Source of the DNA: Lingula anatina
Lineage: Eukaryota; Animalia; Brachiopoda
Length of the DNA stretch: 64,000 bases
Reading direction: 5' to 3'
NCBI GenBank assembly: GCA_051362555.1
Contig: CM120648.1
Span: 14,752,587 to 14,816,586 of the forward strand
The position numbers and the translations under genes are program-made. Positions 39,579 through 52,594 of this stretch are shown here, one piece after another (position 1 is the first letter of the stretch; every line of letters begins with the position of its first letter). The notes below the pieces were generated by a model. It made no database searches. It saw only the letters and a program-made list of their open reading frames with translations, and was not told where the DNA came from.

Positions 39579-42500
39579 GTACGTGGCTTTCATTTAAATT
39601 CTTACACATATTTGTGATCATGCCATTGCTTAAGAGAACTGTTTTTGCTTTCGTGACCAATGATAAGATTGTAAATGATAAAAAAGCTCACCCTTCGTCA
39701 AAACAAACTGAACTGCTTTCAGAGAAAAATATTTTACAAGCCTTATTTTTGATGAATAAAAGATGTTTCTGTCCTTTTAGACATAGAAATAACTGTTATC
39801 GAAGCAAATACATAGTTTTTAGAGAAGATGCTCAAACAGTTCATAGTTAGCACCTCTTCTAATATAATAAGGAATAGACTCGTAAAGCTTAGCACATCAT
39901 AGTGGCATAGTTGTCTTGTCTCCTCTCAGCAAGTCAGCTAGGCGCAGTCTGTGGTCGGTTTACTAGTACTGCCCGGAAGATAACTCATGGTTTGTTGTCG
40001 ACTGAATTACATTCAAGAAGCAAACACATGGTCTTTAATCACCGAGCGCGTTGTTGGGTTGTTTTCTGTTGGCGTTCATGGACATTTGGCACCATCTTGT
40101 AGTGTCAACTTTATGTCACACCTGCATTAATAATGTACCGTATGTACGCGTGCCGTTCATTTAACCAGATTATATATGTGCGTGCGCTGTTGTACCAGCT
40201 ACCAGTACCCCCCGCCGGGCAGCCTCCCAGACCTGCGTGACAGAGATCGGGACCTGCCGCGTCTGACGCTTTCTAAGGGACTTTTGAGAAAAAAAGGTCA
40301 CGAATGTTAAAAACACATACTTTAGAAACACCTGCGCGTCGATGAACAAAACGGACAACCCGGCGTGTTCGTTACTGAAGTTTTGGCGATCATTTCTACG
40401 TAAGACCGCGAGCTTTTGATGAGCGCTCGGAAATTTATTACTACCCGCTGCTATGCTGTTCATTGCAGAAAACACTCAACGGCAGCTTGCAAAATGCGTC
40501 TTATTGGCTTTTTACCTTATCTGCATTATACATTTGTCTAACGGCATGCGCGCACACGAGCGGGAGTACGTTAGTAGACACGCATATGCTCTTGTTATTG
40601 CGCGTATATGTACAGGTGTATGTGTTTGAATAATGTTCAATATCATGCCGCCGCTAAGTGACGGGTTGAATGTATGACGTTCAATGCAGATTCCGCATGA
40701 AATCATGGCTAACGTGAACATAAAAATGGCCAACGTTTTCCCCCGACAACGTAAAGAAAAAACACTATAACAAATATATCTTTACAGAGGGCTGTATAGA
40801 TTTTCACCACATCGCATACCAATTCGAACTTATAGCCACAAACAGCGTGTACATGAACCCTTGTCTTGACATTGAACCTGACTAACAGATCTCGACACAG
40901 TTGACTAAGCGTTCGGAGTCTTAGTCAGAATTAACGCTATATTAATGTTATGCAGTTTGATTAACGCGCTGCACGTTGTTCATTATAAATTACTCACGAA
41001 ACAATCGGCGTTAGCCTGCGAAAGGCGACTAATTGGCTTTGTGTGTAATCTTGGGATTCTGACTTGGCTAATGTTTATATAATATTACATATTTGCCCTC
41101 ATCAATTGGGGTTATTTACATCGTCAAGAAGCAATTAGCGATCAATCAACCATTATACACTGTAGATCAGCTCTGTGGCTTTTATACAAGTAATTGTAGA
41201 CCTAAAATCGGTCTAAACATTTCTATCAAAATGTTAGTCTCATTCCACTCAAGATAAGTGGAAAGTTGTCCAATTAAAAACAAATATCGCGGTTGTTGTA
41301 CAGCAAGAAAGGCACGCATGTTTCAAACCTATGCCTACATTTTTCTTCATATCTATTGTGTACTGAAGTAGACGAGAAATTTTAGTTTAAATGTTGCACC
41401 AACTTTGGGCTAAAGAAACCGTCTTCGCTTGGCCTAGGACAGGGGCAGCACTGCAGCTGAAATCGACTGAGCGCCGTTTGCCGAACTACGCCAACCCCTG
41501 AGACCACGATTACACTGTGAGAAGTGTTCTTCTCTTTTCGTGGAATTACCAATAGTCTCTCACTATTTAAACTTTTTTTCATTTTTTTCTATTTATTTTG
41601 TCCCTGCCAATGTAATAAGCGTGGGTTACTTCTTTCTTTTTACGTAAGGTCACATCTTTGAGTTCTTTTATTGCGAATTACACTGATCACTCAGCTACAT
41701 GTTTAATTATGGCGTGTGTATATTCAGAAACATAATTAAAAAAACATAATTTAACAAATATAATTATTACTGAGATGATCAGCAGTCCAACTTTTCACGG
41801 ACCTATTTAAAGTAACGATGTTTATTATGGTTAGTGACGAAAGTTGTTATTCATTATAATCTATGGTAAACACAATTTCATTCAGGGAAATAGAATAGCG
41901 ACATAAGGTACAAAAAGAATCGAAGACAAATTCCCGTCCTTTGATTTGTTATAAGCGGCATACTCTTTACCAAAGAGGAAGTGTTTTAGAATAAGAAAAT
42001 CTGTAAAACTATTAATAAATGTACCTCTATCGCCCACGAGGGAAAAAGACCAAACAGATAGAATTAATAAACCTAGTATGAGTGGAATAGGAAATGAAAA
42101 GCACCAGTCTTGTTCCAATATCTTTGGAGATGATGAGAAAGTTTCTTTGCCTGCAGGTATTTCCTACTGCGGAAACGGTAATGGAAGGCTGGTGCTTGAT
42201 TTGCACATGACACCCGCTACATCTTGGACAGTTCTGATAATTAAACGCTCCACTTGTGCGGATATCGCTCTAACAGAATTGCTTGCATCCATTTAGCAGA
42301 GTAATTCATCGTATATTCAATGTACTGTCAATACTTGTGAGAAGCCAAGTCACATCAACACATCAAAGATAATTAGAACTCATCTTTTTTATATCAAAAG
42401 TACAAAAATGTCACAAGATCCCATTTATTTTGTTATTGTTAAGATATTGATTCCCGGTTCAGTGGTATCATGTTGTATTGGGATTAAAATGTGCCCTTCC

Positions 42501-42632
42501 ATTATGAAATATTAGAAGGACTAAGATAAATACTTCATTAATTGATGAAGTCATTAGGCAAAATTTTCCTAATATTGTTAATGTATATTTCATGTGTTGC
42601 TCATGATGTATTAGTAGGATCATGCACTAAAC

Positions 42633-42635
<3 letters not shown>

Positions 42636-42705
<70 letters not shown>
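42636..42705. repeat. Compound (CT)n(GT)n microsatellite
   Basis: Direct reading. Confidence 0.95.
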
Positions 42706-42708
<3 letters not shown>

Positions 42709-45700
42709 AAATCCAAATACCTGTTGTCAGATGTGCCCAGGATGGGTGCTATGGTTTCATACTTTGCCGTAAGATGTTACGCTGAAGGTTTTGTCCTCCA
42801 TGGCATTTCGCGATCGGTGCTATGGTGATAAGACATCCGCCTGTTCTATAGCATCCAAATTTTGACTATAGCTGTGTTTCCGCTTCCGCTCCCAATGGTA
42901 AATCACATTCTAAAATTATTCACCACTGAACCATGCAATTCTTAAGTCACGTGATACATAAATGTAATAACGGTTAAGCGACGGTCACGTGATTTGTCAT
43001 CTTCTACAAATTACCTACGACATTGTACAGAGTTTTATAAAATTGTTAGATATTAGTTACAAACTTTTTCGATAAAAGCGGACATTTTCTGGAAATGTAC
43101 AACCGCGTACATTTTGTCAAAAATTTGGTCAACATATCAAGAGACTTTCATAAGAAGATAATATGTCGTATTAGAATTTTATATTATAGACCTGGCTCAA
43201 TGGACATTCAGTCGTTTGAAAGGACTTAATAATTAAAGCAAGTGTCAGAATTGGTATCATCAGACAAAGACGGCCCTGCTCATTACTGGCAATTGACTCT
43301 GTCCGTGTTCCACAGCTTTGACGTCGTTGTCGGCGTCATTGTTCACATGGAAAACTTTTGTTCTGACGGTAATGTCTATAATAAACATGTCGTTAGGTGA
43401 AATGTGTAGCAAAAATCCATTGAGAAATTGAGGACGCTTCACAAAGTCCTGTTTATATCTAAATTAATCAGGCCGTGTAATGGAAATTGTCGACGCTATT
43501 TTCAAACAAATTACGGATATTGCAGTGCAGTGTAAATCTCCATTGAATTTGACAAAGTAACAAGACAGTTTTTGGTAAATAGCGGTTAATTGAGGTTATA
43601 TAAAGACGATATAGTTTCCCCATTAATGCCCTGAATGGTGCTAAAATGACGACTAAGCTTGTTAATGGGTCAAATTAACATTGTTTCCAGAAAGTATACC
43701 TGCTATGATCGAACCACGCTCTTGGAACACTACTTTGTCGTCATACTCCATCAGGGTTGCCATAATACAAAGCTATGCAAATGACTATTAATACCTTTCA
43801 AATCTCTATTGGCACTGACAGAGGCACAATTGCCGTGGAAACCAAGTCCTGAAGAATTAATATCGTACAAATAACCTTATGGATATTGGAAATACATTTA
43901 ATGATACCAATTAATTTGTAGATATGACATTTATATATCACTTTAGTAATCTGGTATCGTGTCGAGTGGATGTCTGTCTGGGAGAAAACAGCGTGTTTAA
44001 CCACATGGATTTCCATGCGGTGAATTACAGATACCCCATCTAGCATTTAGAGGGATTATCGGACAAAGAGAAACATCTTGCAAATCCACATTGGTCACAG
44101 ACCGCCGATAGCAGTTTCCTACATCATGGTTTTCCAATCCCTGTCATGATCATCATTATTGCATAAATGGTGGTGACGTGAGATTGGGTTAGGTCAGGAA
44201 ATAGTCCACAGATCTTTGCAAATATCGTCGCATTAAAACATTGCTCAACCTAACTTAGTAACTACAGTAGTTCTAAGAACTGATAACATTTTTGTTTTCT
44301 CAGTAAAAGTAATAACACACTTTAAATCAGTTTTGAACAAAATTTGTGAATTGTCAGATTGTCGGCCCAAACACCGATCCTTTCATTCATTTTGTGTACG
44401 GAGTTATCGTGATTCTTGTAGTGAAACATTCACATTCATTACAAGACAAAATAACTGGAAATATGGCGGTCCTCGACATAAGGCGGGTTCAGAGTAATTG
44501 GGAACGCACCTAAATAAGCACCTGTGTTTGCATCGTTATCTAGAACTAGAATGTAAAAACACGCTGTTGTCTTCGACAATTAAAATCATAACACACATGT
44601 TGGCATAGCTCCAGGTGACAGCTACAAGTAGTTCTCGAGCGCACTAACGAGATAAACGAAAGATGTTAAAACAGCATTTTATTAATAAATTATGTGAGAT
44701 GTGGCGTAAACATCGTGATTAAAGAACGCTGTACCCCAGGACACCTGGTGACCGGGTCAACCGACGCCTATTTGCATATATCACGATTTCTTTCTTTGAA
44801 TTCTAAGACAACAACAGCAGTAGCAGCACTGCCTTTAAAAAGGAGCGCTGAAAGAATGGCTGCGTTTCAGTGAGCGGTGGGGACTATTTCACCACTGAGC
44901 GTCTCCGTGGCCGGGGCACACAGTGGGAGATGTTGTAGTTCAGAAACATGGCCAGACGCTGGATTGCTGTCGTTATACAGTCTTTTTCTCTTGAAGTTTT
45001 CTCAGGCGATTTTGCCAAATTGTTCCGGATTCTTATTTTGCTAAAACGTTTTTAAGATCACCGGCTCTTTAAAGTGGCCTAGCTATTCAAACTTAACTAT
45101 TTTATGATAACTGTTCCTTTTCCGTTAAAAGTCAACTCAAAGTCGCCCATACATTGAGGTAAACATCAATTTTGCCGTTTGACCGTCAATCAGTAGGGGT
45201 GCAGTGCTATTTAAGACGGTCGTTATGGTCTAATATACCACACCGAGCCTTCAATTACGCACTCTTGCTGAATTTCATTGGTTTAAATCACAATATGTCA
45301 CACAATATTGACGTCTGGTGAGATAGAAATTGGTTCAAAGACGCATTACGGGGATTGAAAGTAGTCGTATGAAAAATTGAATTCGAAATATCACGAACCG
45401 TTTCTATCATGAAATCTTCTCTAATAATGTAACAGTTTTAGAGAAGAAATGACGAAAAACGTCAAATGTGACCCTTCAACTATCCCACTACAGAAGACAT
45501 GCGAACCCATAACTGTGAAGAACACAAGCTAATGTGTGTTCAAAAATTCCTTTCAGCCCCCATCTAAACTCATTTAAGTAAACATCTTAACTAACCAAAT
45601 TCTAAGAGATATTATAAAACTATCCTCCTACAAAGGGTAACTGAAGCGATGTACTGCACACGTGTAAAGCTGTATTAAATAGTAATGTGAGGGAAAACCA

Positions 45701-46734
45701 ATGGTGACCGATATACGAAAAAAATTCGTAGAATTGCCACTGCTTTGTAAAGTAATGCACTGTGTCCGGCTAACATAAAACGAACGTTCATCATGAAATA
45801 ACGTTTAAACAAATTGCACGTTGTTTGATGGATCATGCGATATATTTCTATTTAATTAAGCCGACTCCATAGATCTGTCTCTGGGAGTATTTCAGGGGAT
45901 TGGAGGGGGTTATTAATGGATATGTGAAGCGTCATATACTGTGGTGTCGGCTGATTTCACGCCCATCACATTTGCCAAAATGGTAAGTGCTCTGATATTT
46001 CGTTTTACGAACTCAGCAAAGAGCTCCACAGTGCGAGAGGTGTTTGTGTGCCACATCTTGAGCCCCCGACTCTTTAAAGATGAGTTGTTCGGGGACAGCG
46101 GTCTATCTCTGAGCTGGCGATTGCCTAAGGTCCTATACGTATGTGATATACATAGTGGTTAGTTCCCTGTGGTGTTTAAACAAGTAACATCAGCCTAGGA
46201 TCCAAAATAATTTATTTTGGATCCTAGCATCAGCCAAGTAAATCACTAGATGTAATATATATGTATCTTATTAAGCTGAGTCCATATCTCTGCAGAATGT
46301 CGCTTTGAGGCGTTACACATAAAATATGTCAAATGTTTCTTCATTTTCGTAAATGACTTTTAGACATATTTTCCTTTCCAAACGATCGTAAAAATCAGAC
46401 ACAATTTATTGCGGACGTCCTGACATAAACAAATCCCAATCCCACCGGGAAGCCTGCTGTGGTGTTCCAGGAATGGCAATGGAAGAAACGTGTTTCAACC
46501 GCTCTACTCACTAACAATGCCTCTAATTACGTTGTGATTATGTCCATGGATTTATCAGTTACGATCAGAATGACATCTCAAACCCACAAGAAAAAAGTGT
46601 CTTGAATATTGCACTGGAAAGAAGTACAGACCGAATGATGCAACGGTGAAAACTTGGTAATTGACAAATGGATGCGGTTTTACACAGACTGACGCTCCTT
46701 TGTGTCCTTATACGATTTCTGCTTTTAGAAAAAA

Positions 46735-46927
46735 GTCATCTGTGACATTTTGATATTCAAATGCGGACAATTAAAAAAAACTCCCTGTTTGTATGTAAGA
46801 TGCAGCGTTTTAAATGTGATTAATCAAGTCGTCGTCTGTGACATTTTGATATTCAAATGCGGACAATTAAAAAAAAACTCCCTGTTTGTATGTAAGATGC
46901 AGCGTTTTAAATGTGATTCATCAAGTC
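46735..46927. repeat. Recent tandem duplication, ~96-bp unit x2
   Basis: GTCATCTGTGACATTTTGATATTC... at 46735 and GTCGTCTGTGAC... at 46831, near-identical. Confidence 0.9.
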
Positions 46928-49119
46928 GTTCATTTATACTTTAAGGTAAAGGCGGCGAAATATTTGAGTAAAATACTTGATAAATTTTCGCTACATTTAC
47001 CACACTGACTAAAGAAAACTGCACTAAATCAATCCATCTCAGGTGCTGTATCCCAAGATATTATATAGATGGAATTTGAATCCTTTTTGGCTCATGTTCT
47101 CTCAAGTATCAGAGTATGTTGAATCATGTACAAGAAATACAGTATATAAAATAATGGTCACCATAGTATTGATGTGTCATTGTGGTAATAAATAAAAATA
47201 CTCACTTTACTTTGATACAAAAATCACCTCCTTTGCTTATAAATTTAGGATGATTATGTGCAAAGTGGCATTTTATGTGACAATCATGTAAATTGTGTTA
47301 ATTTCCAGTGACGGCCTTTGTTAAACTTATTTCCAGTTGTCATTTTTGGGTGCGGAAAGAAAATGGCCGTGTGATAAGATAAGTGGTATAGTGGCAATTG
47401 TTGCCTCCAGTAAATATCACGTGAGGCGCATGTGGAGTCTACAGACATGAGAATGTTCTTCAGTACCGTGTTATCTCAGCAGATGGGGAGAGGGGGGTTC
47501 TGGTTTCTAATAATCAAATAGAGCATACCGAGTGCACTCCAAAGATTAGTGTCCTGTCACAGCAAACACGAGGCGAAGTGAATGGTGATATTGAATGACA
47601 CGAAAACACAGACTCACTGTACAGAATATGGTACTGTAACCGCCCTACATGTATCAGAGGCTTCAAAATTCTACAAGAGATATACTAAGTCAATCTAATC
47701 CCTCTCCTGTCCCGCTCACCTTCGTAGACGGAAGGTCAGACATGGTAGTACCTGTACATGTAGCACCGTATGCTGAGATAATGTGTACCAACTTAATCCG
47801 TCATAACTGGACTGGGAATGTGTTTGTAAACATGTGTTGGGAACTGTGGGTCAAAAACGAGTTCATCACATACTTAGTGAAAGTTTAGCATTATTAGCTA
47901 AGCCTTCCAAATTTGGTCACTTCGTGAAACGGATCCTACGGTACCTTCATGACTTCGTGTCATCCACAAGGAGCAGTGTTCCTGCAATTATACGCCACTT
48001 CACTGATAATGCTCTCCATCCCTGGAAATGTCAGGGGAAATCGTTTTAAAATGATGGAGCATTACTTTCTGCATTTTTAGCATGCTCTCACCGAGATGAC
48101 AATCAATACGAATTTGCATACAAATGGCTACCGGACCGGAACGAGGGGCTTTGTGTTTCTTTTAAGTTGTGGTTTTTACCAGAATTCTTAGGTTCAAGTG
48201 AATGCTTTCTGTTTTCTACTGAACTCTGAAGTATTTGCACAGTTATTCACGGCACTGTGTTCATTGTTTTAGGAAACTTGCAGCTCCAGAGCTTGTGTTC
48301 ACTGCAGTGTGGTGGAATACAAAGAGCCCACTAAATGAACTTAAAACACAAACGATAAAGATTAGACAGTAACTAGAATAAATATCAAAATTACCTAAAT
48401 TCTCTTTTAATTTTCAGAAATTGCACGTAAGCAAAATTCACTGTAACAAATAGCAGCAAATGCCGGTACCTTGGTCCACTGTTTTCACAAAAAGATAGAA
48501 TAATAAAAAGGCAGATATCATTTAGTTGACTTTTTAAAGTGAAACAAATCAGGCTAATAATTATTACATTGATGATTTCTATATTTCAAATAATGAAATG
48601 ATCTACCACATTTTTGAGCAGTTGACTTGTCAACCACCGGTAAACGTAATACTCCCGTTTCGTCCATCATCTCGCCTAAAGTCACTAACGCTCGTACAAA
48701 TCCACCATCGGGTCTTCCTTGTCAGTTAAAAGCATCGATCTGTCTTTATTTGTAGAGATTGTTGCCATTATCCGCACACTGTCATTATACTGCTTATCTG
48801 GCACCAAAGACAAACCCCAACTGATGAAACTGTGAAAGATTATTTGAGTATTTAACGATACACGCACAGGTCTTGAATGAAAGGGAATTTTATAGCAAAT
48901 CGCTGCAATGCCCATGTAAGAGGACATGGCACCATCAACAAACGAAAAGAAAAAGAGACTGTGTCATAGACATGGTGCAGCCAATAGCGAGTATAGATAG
49001 GCGTAGTTTTTTAACAAACATTTTGATGTTTACAGGGGTCTCAAGTTCCTGGGGCTGGACGAATGAAGCACATTATCATATAATTGCATAATAACGATAA
49101 CAATAAACATATTTATTTA

Positions 49120-50779
49120 CAGGGTTGCTACTTAATATGGAATATTTTTGATCATTGTTATTTTTGAGTGCTGATTGAAATTTTTTTGGCTTGAATCATT
49201 AAAAAAGTATGGCACTGAGTGATAATAACATCCAGTCTTCTGTTGTGAGATATTTTGGTCAATAATATCAAATCTGACATAAGATGCCATTCAAAAGAAA
49301 GGAACACCCCCAGAAAACCATATCAACAGTTTGATGTCAGTATAAACTTTAAGATAAGATATTAAAGAAAATGATAGCCTCCGGACAGTTATATGTTACA
49401 CAGACAAAGAACTCACTACAGTAAATCATGAAAAGTCAGTAATTGCGGGTATGACCTCCAGCAGCCGCTTGCAGCGCCCTCATCCCACATGGCATACCCT
49501 GTGACACGTTTTTTAGAGTTTTGGTGGGGATTTCATTCCACACAGTGATATTTGCCTATCGCAGTTTATCACTATTTACCGGCCGAGGACCCTAGCTATT
49601 AATTCTGTGAGTTACATCCGCCCACAGATTTGCAATTGGGTTCATATCTGGTGAGTTTGCAGGCCAGGGCAGTTGCTGAACACATTGGTTTTGAAGAAAA
49701 ACAGTGATTCTGCGGCCTCGATGTGGGGTTGCGCGGTCGTCTCGGTACACAAAGTTGTTCCTGCAGATGACTCTTACCAATCGAAGCATTGTTTGCTGTA
49801 TAATGTCTCTGTAGGAATCCTGGATGAGGTTGCCTCCTAGAAAAACCAACTGGTTCTGGGCACCGACATGAAATGCTCCCGAAACAGAGACGTTACCATC
49901 CCCTGCTTGCACCCTAGGCAGTACACAATCATTGTTTTATGCCCCTCGTACACGTCGGTGGACACGGATTCGATGATCAACCCTAAAAAATCCATATCTG
50001 GCCTCATCACTGAAAACGCCGTGATTCCAGTGTTTTGCCTGCAAACGCACGTGGTCCCCAGCCCATTGCAGACGTCGCTGTATATGACCTGCTGTTAACA
50101 GTGGTTTCTCTACTGGCCTTCGTGCAAAATAACCGGCTTGCAGAAATATCTTGTTCACGTGGGACCTTGAAACGGGCGTTTGAAAGACATTCTGCCTCTC
50201 TTTTCTGAGGACACTGGTTGTCTTTGTACGACCAGCACGGCGTCCTCTAAGGAGATGGCGATCCTGTCTTCTTGGTGTGATACGCGGATACCCTGGTCGA
50301 GGTATTGGAGTAGGTGTCCCTGTTGCAGCATTTCTTTGGAGGACATCACAAACGGTTCCTGATAAATGTTGAATTACCTGGCAATGGCTGTCCGTTTCTG
50401 GCCATTTTCTCTGAGAGCAAGAATCCCATAGTAAGTTGCGTTGCTTAGCTGTCGAACCATATCTTCATTAAGGTACCTGTCAAGTTTCAGAGCGATCCCT
50501 TTGTTGCTTCTCTAAACACACCTCAAAGATTGACCAAACCCATGGGTTTTTATACAATGGCAGAAATTGCCGAAAAGACCACCCCTCACATTTCTGACCA
50601 CAGAACATGCAACTGCATGCACCAATTGTTTCGAGAGTTGTGTGGTAATTAGGTAACACACCTGGCTACGCATGGAGTAACACCTCAGCTTTGGATTTAA
50701 AGTAGTTAGAGAGAAATTAAATATTTTGTAGAAAATTTACTCGCCAAAAAAGAATATTCCATATTTAGTGGTAACCCTG
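49120..50779 (-). mobile_element. Full-length (1660 bp) Tc1-family DNA transposon in intron 1 of the neuropeptide gene
   Basis: 27-bp TIRs CAGGGTTGCTACTTAATATGGAATATT / AATATTCCATATTTAGTGGTAACCCTG (3 mismatches). TA TSD at 49118-49119 and 50780-50781. Internal transposase. Confidence 0.95.
49436..50460 (-). pseudogene. Tc1 transposase pseudogene (DD34E spacing, with E replaced by A)
   Basis: Fragments read MVRQLSNATYYGILALRENGQKRTAIAR*, KPLLTAGHIQRRLQWA, VFSDEARY, YRDDRATPH, WPANSPDMNPIANLW and AAGGHTRNY*. Contains stops and frameshifts. Confidence 0.92.
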
Positions 50780-52556
50780 TACATGCCGGTTACTATTACT
50801 TTTTCTCATACGACAAATTAAAACTAAATAATAAAGGTTCTTTCAGATATTTGATCAAGGAAAACTGTCTAAACAATCGCTAATGCAAGTATCAGCTGAA
50901 AATGATGACCCCAATATCTGTAGTGACTAATTTTATTTTCTTTTATCTAAAATGCTCATATTACGAGCTACTCCAGTGCCTGTTTGGACTTAAGCCAGTG
51001 TGTTTCAGTACCATAGTGTCATCTGGTACCGCGGTGGCACGGTGGATACGCCCCAGGCATGTGCTATATTCATCATACGCTGCACAGGAAATGAAAACTG
51101 ATACTCTTTTCGCCAAAGTTCCTAGCATGCTATTTGTTGCTCATGGTTAAAAAGTATATTATTTAGAAAAAATCCAGAAACACGTTCCAGTGATTTTCGT
51201 GAACGCTGATATTGATAGCTTTAACAGAAACACTTGGAGTGTGTGAGCCGTCTGTCCGTTAATCCCCTGGTATCTTCCACTCTGGTGGGTCGGGACTTTC
51301 TCTTTAGGGGGTCTTTTGATTCAGACTGGCGGATGCAGAATGTATTCTCTATGATAGAAATCGATTGGTTTTTGTGCGAAAACGAACAATATGTGTGCGG
51401 TTCGTTGCTTATTGTTCTTACGGGCGGGAACACTAGGGTTAGGCAAAGATATGGTGGGATAGAATTAAGGTTCGGTTAATCGTTGCGTCCATTTTTTTCA
51501 AGGTTTGCAGTCCGCTGAAGTAAACAATGCTTTAATGCGAGGCCTACGTACATAAGACCAAAGTCATTTTCTGGGGCAAGTTCACAATAGTCTAGGATAG
51601 TTCGAGTCCGAATCGATCTAAATGACGCACCTAATATTTTGGTTGTTTTAATTTAAATCTACCTGTCTGTACAAAGATTCCGTGCTCCTAACCGGAGCTC
51701 TTCGAATTTTAGAATCAATGGTTGGCTGCAAAGTGATCGTTTTACCCCGTCCTCAGTCGGGTCGAAGTAGCCGAATCCAAAGTGAACGTGGCCAAAGTCA
51801 CTTTGCGATGTGCCGTTAAAAGGAAGTCAATTTGCGCTGGAATGACTCTGTAGTCTGTCGTTGTTTCATCACCTTTGTGTATTGAAGAAACCTCAAATCG
51901 ACGGCCGAATTGACACGAAAGAGCAACAAATCCATCTTCATTGTGTACCGAATTGATTACGATACGTTATCTCTTTTGTTTTCATTAGTCAGTATTTGCA
52001 GTCTCGTCTAACAACATCGAAATCAAATCGTTTGACTTTCTATTAATCATGTTTTAGCATCCACGGCAGAGTGAATGCGCTGCTACAGGGGAATTTATGT
52101 GGAAAATAATTGGATTAATCTGCCTGGATGTTACCAATGAAATCATGATGAACAATGACGAGGCATACGGGATGTTTTGTTGAAACCTTATTGTTCGTTT
52201 AGGCTCAAAAGCACGACGTCAATGGTAAAGCAAATATAAAGTAATTGCATTTGTCTTGTGTCGTAATATTACATTAGCAGAAATGGATGCATATCTGTAA
52301 AAGATACGGTAATTCAATTTGTTCTGTTTATTATTGTTGTTGACCAGTGATTTGACGCGTTCTTCAAAATCTGGCATGGGTGTTTTATGTGCACTGTCTG
52401 GGTGTTGAATAGCTTAGAAACAGTACTTTTTCCTCTTCTTATTCTCCTGAATTCGTTTATTGTTTTTCTTGGGCGAAACGGATATGATTCCTGTTTGTAT
52501 CATCTTACAAACGGAAGTAAAATAAATATATGGACTCCTCCGACTTCTCCGTATTA

Positions 52557-52562
52557 ATTAAT

Positions 52563-52593
<31 letters not shown>

Positions 52594-52594
52594 T
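52557..52594. repeat. (ATTT)n microsatellite
   Basis: Direct reading. Confidence 0.85.

Noticed and set aside
39425-39850. 141-aa ORF overlapping the signal-peptide exon
   Set aside because: Different frame, non-ATG start, and it reads through the donor into AT-rich intron.
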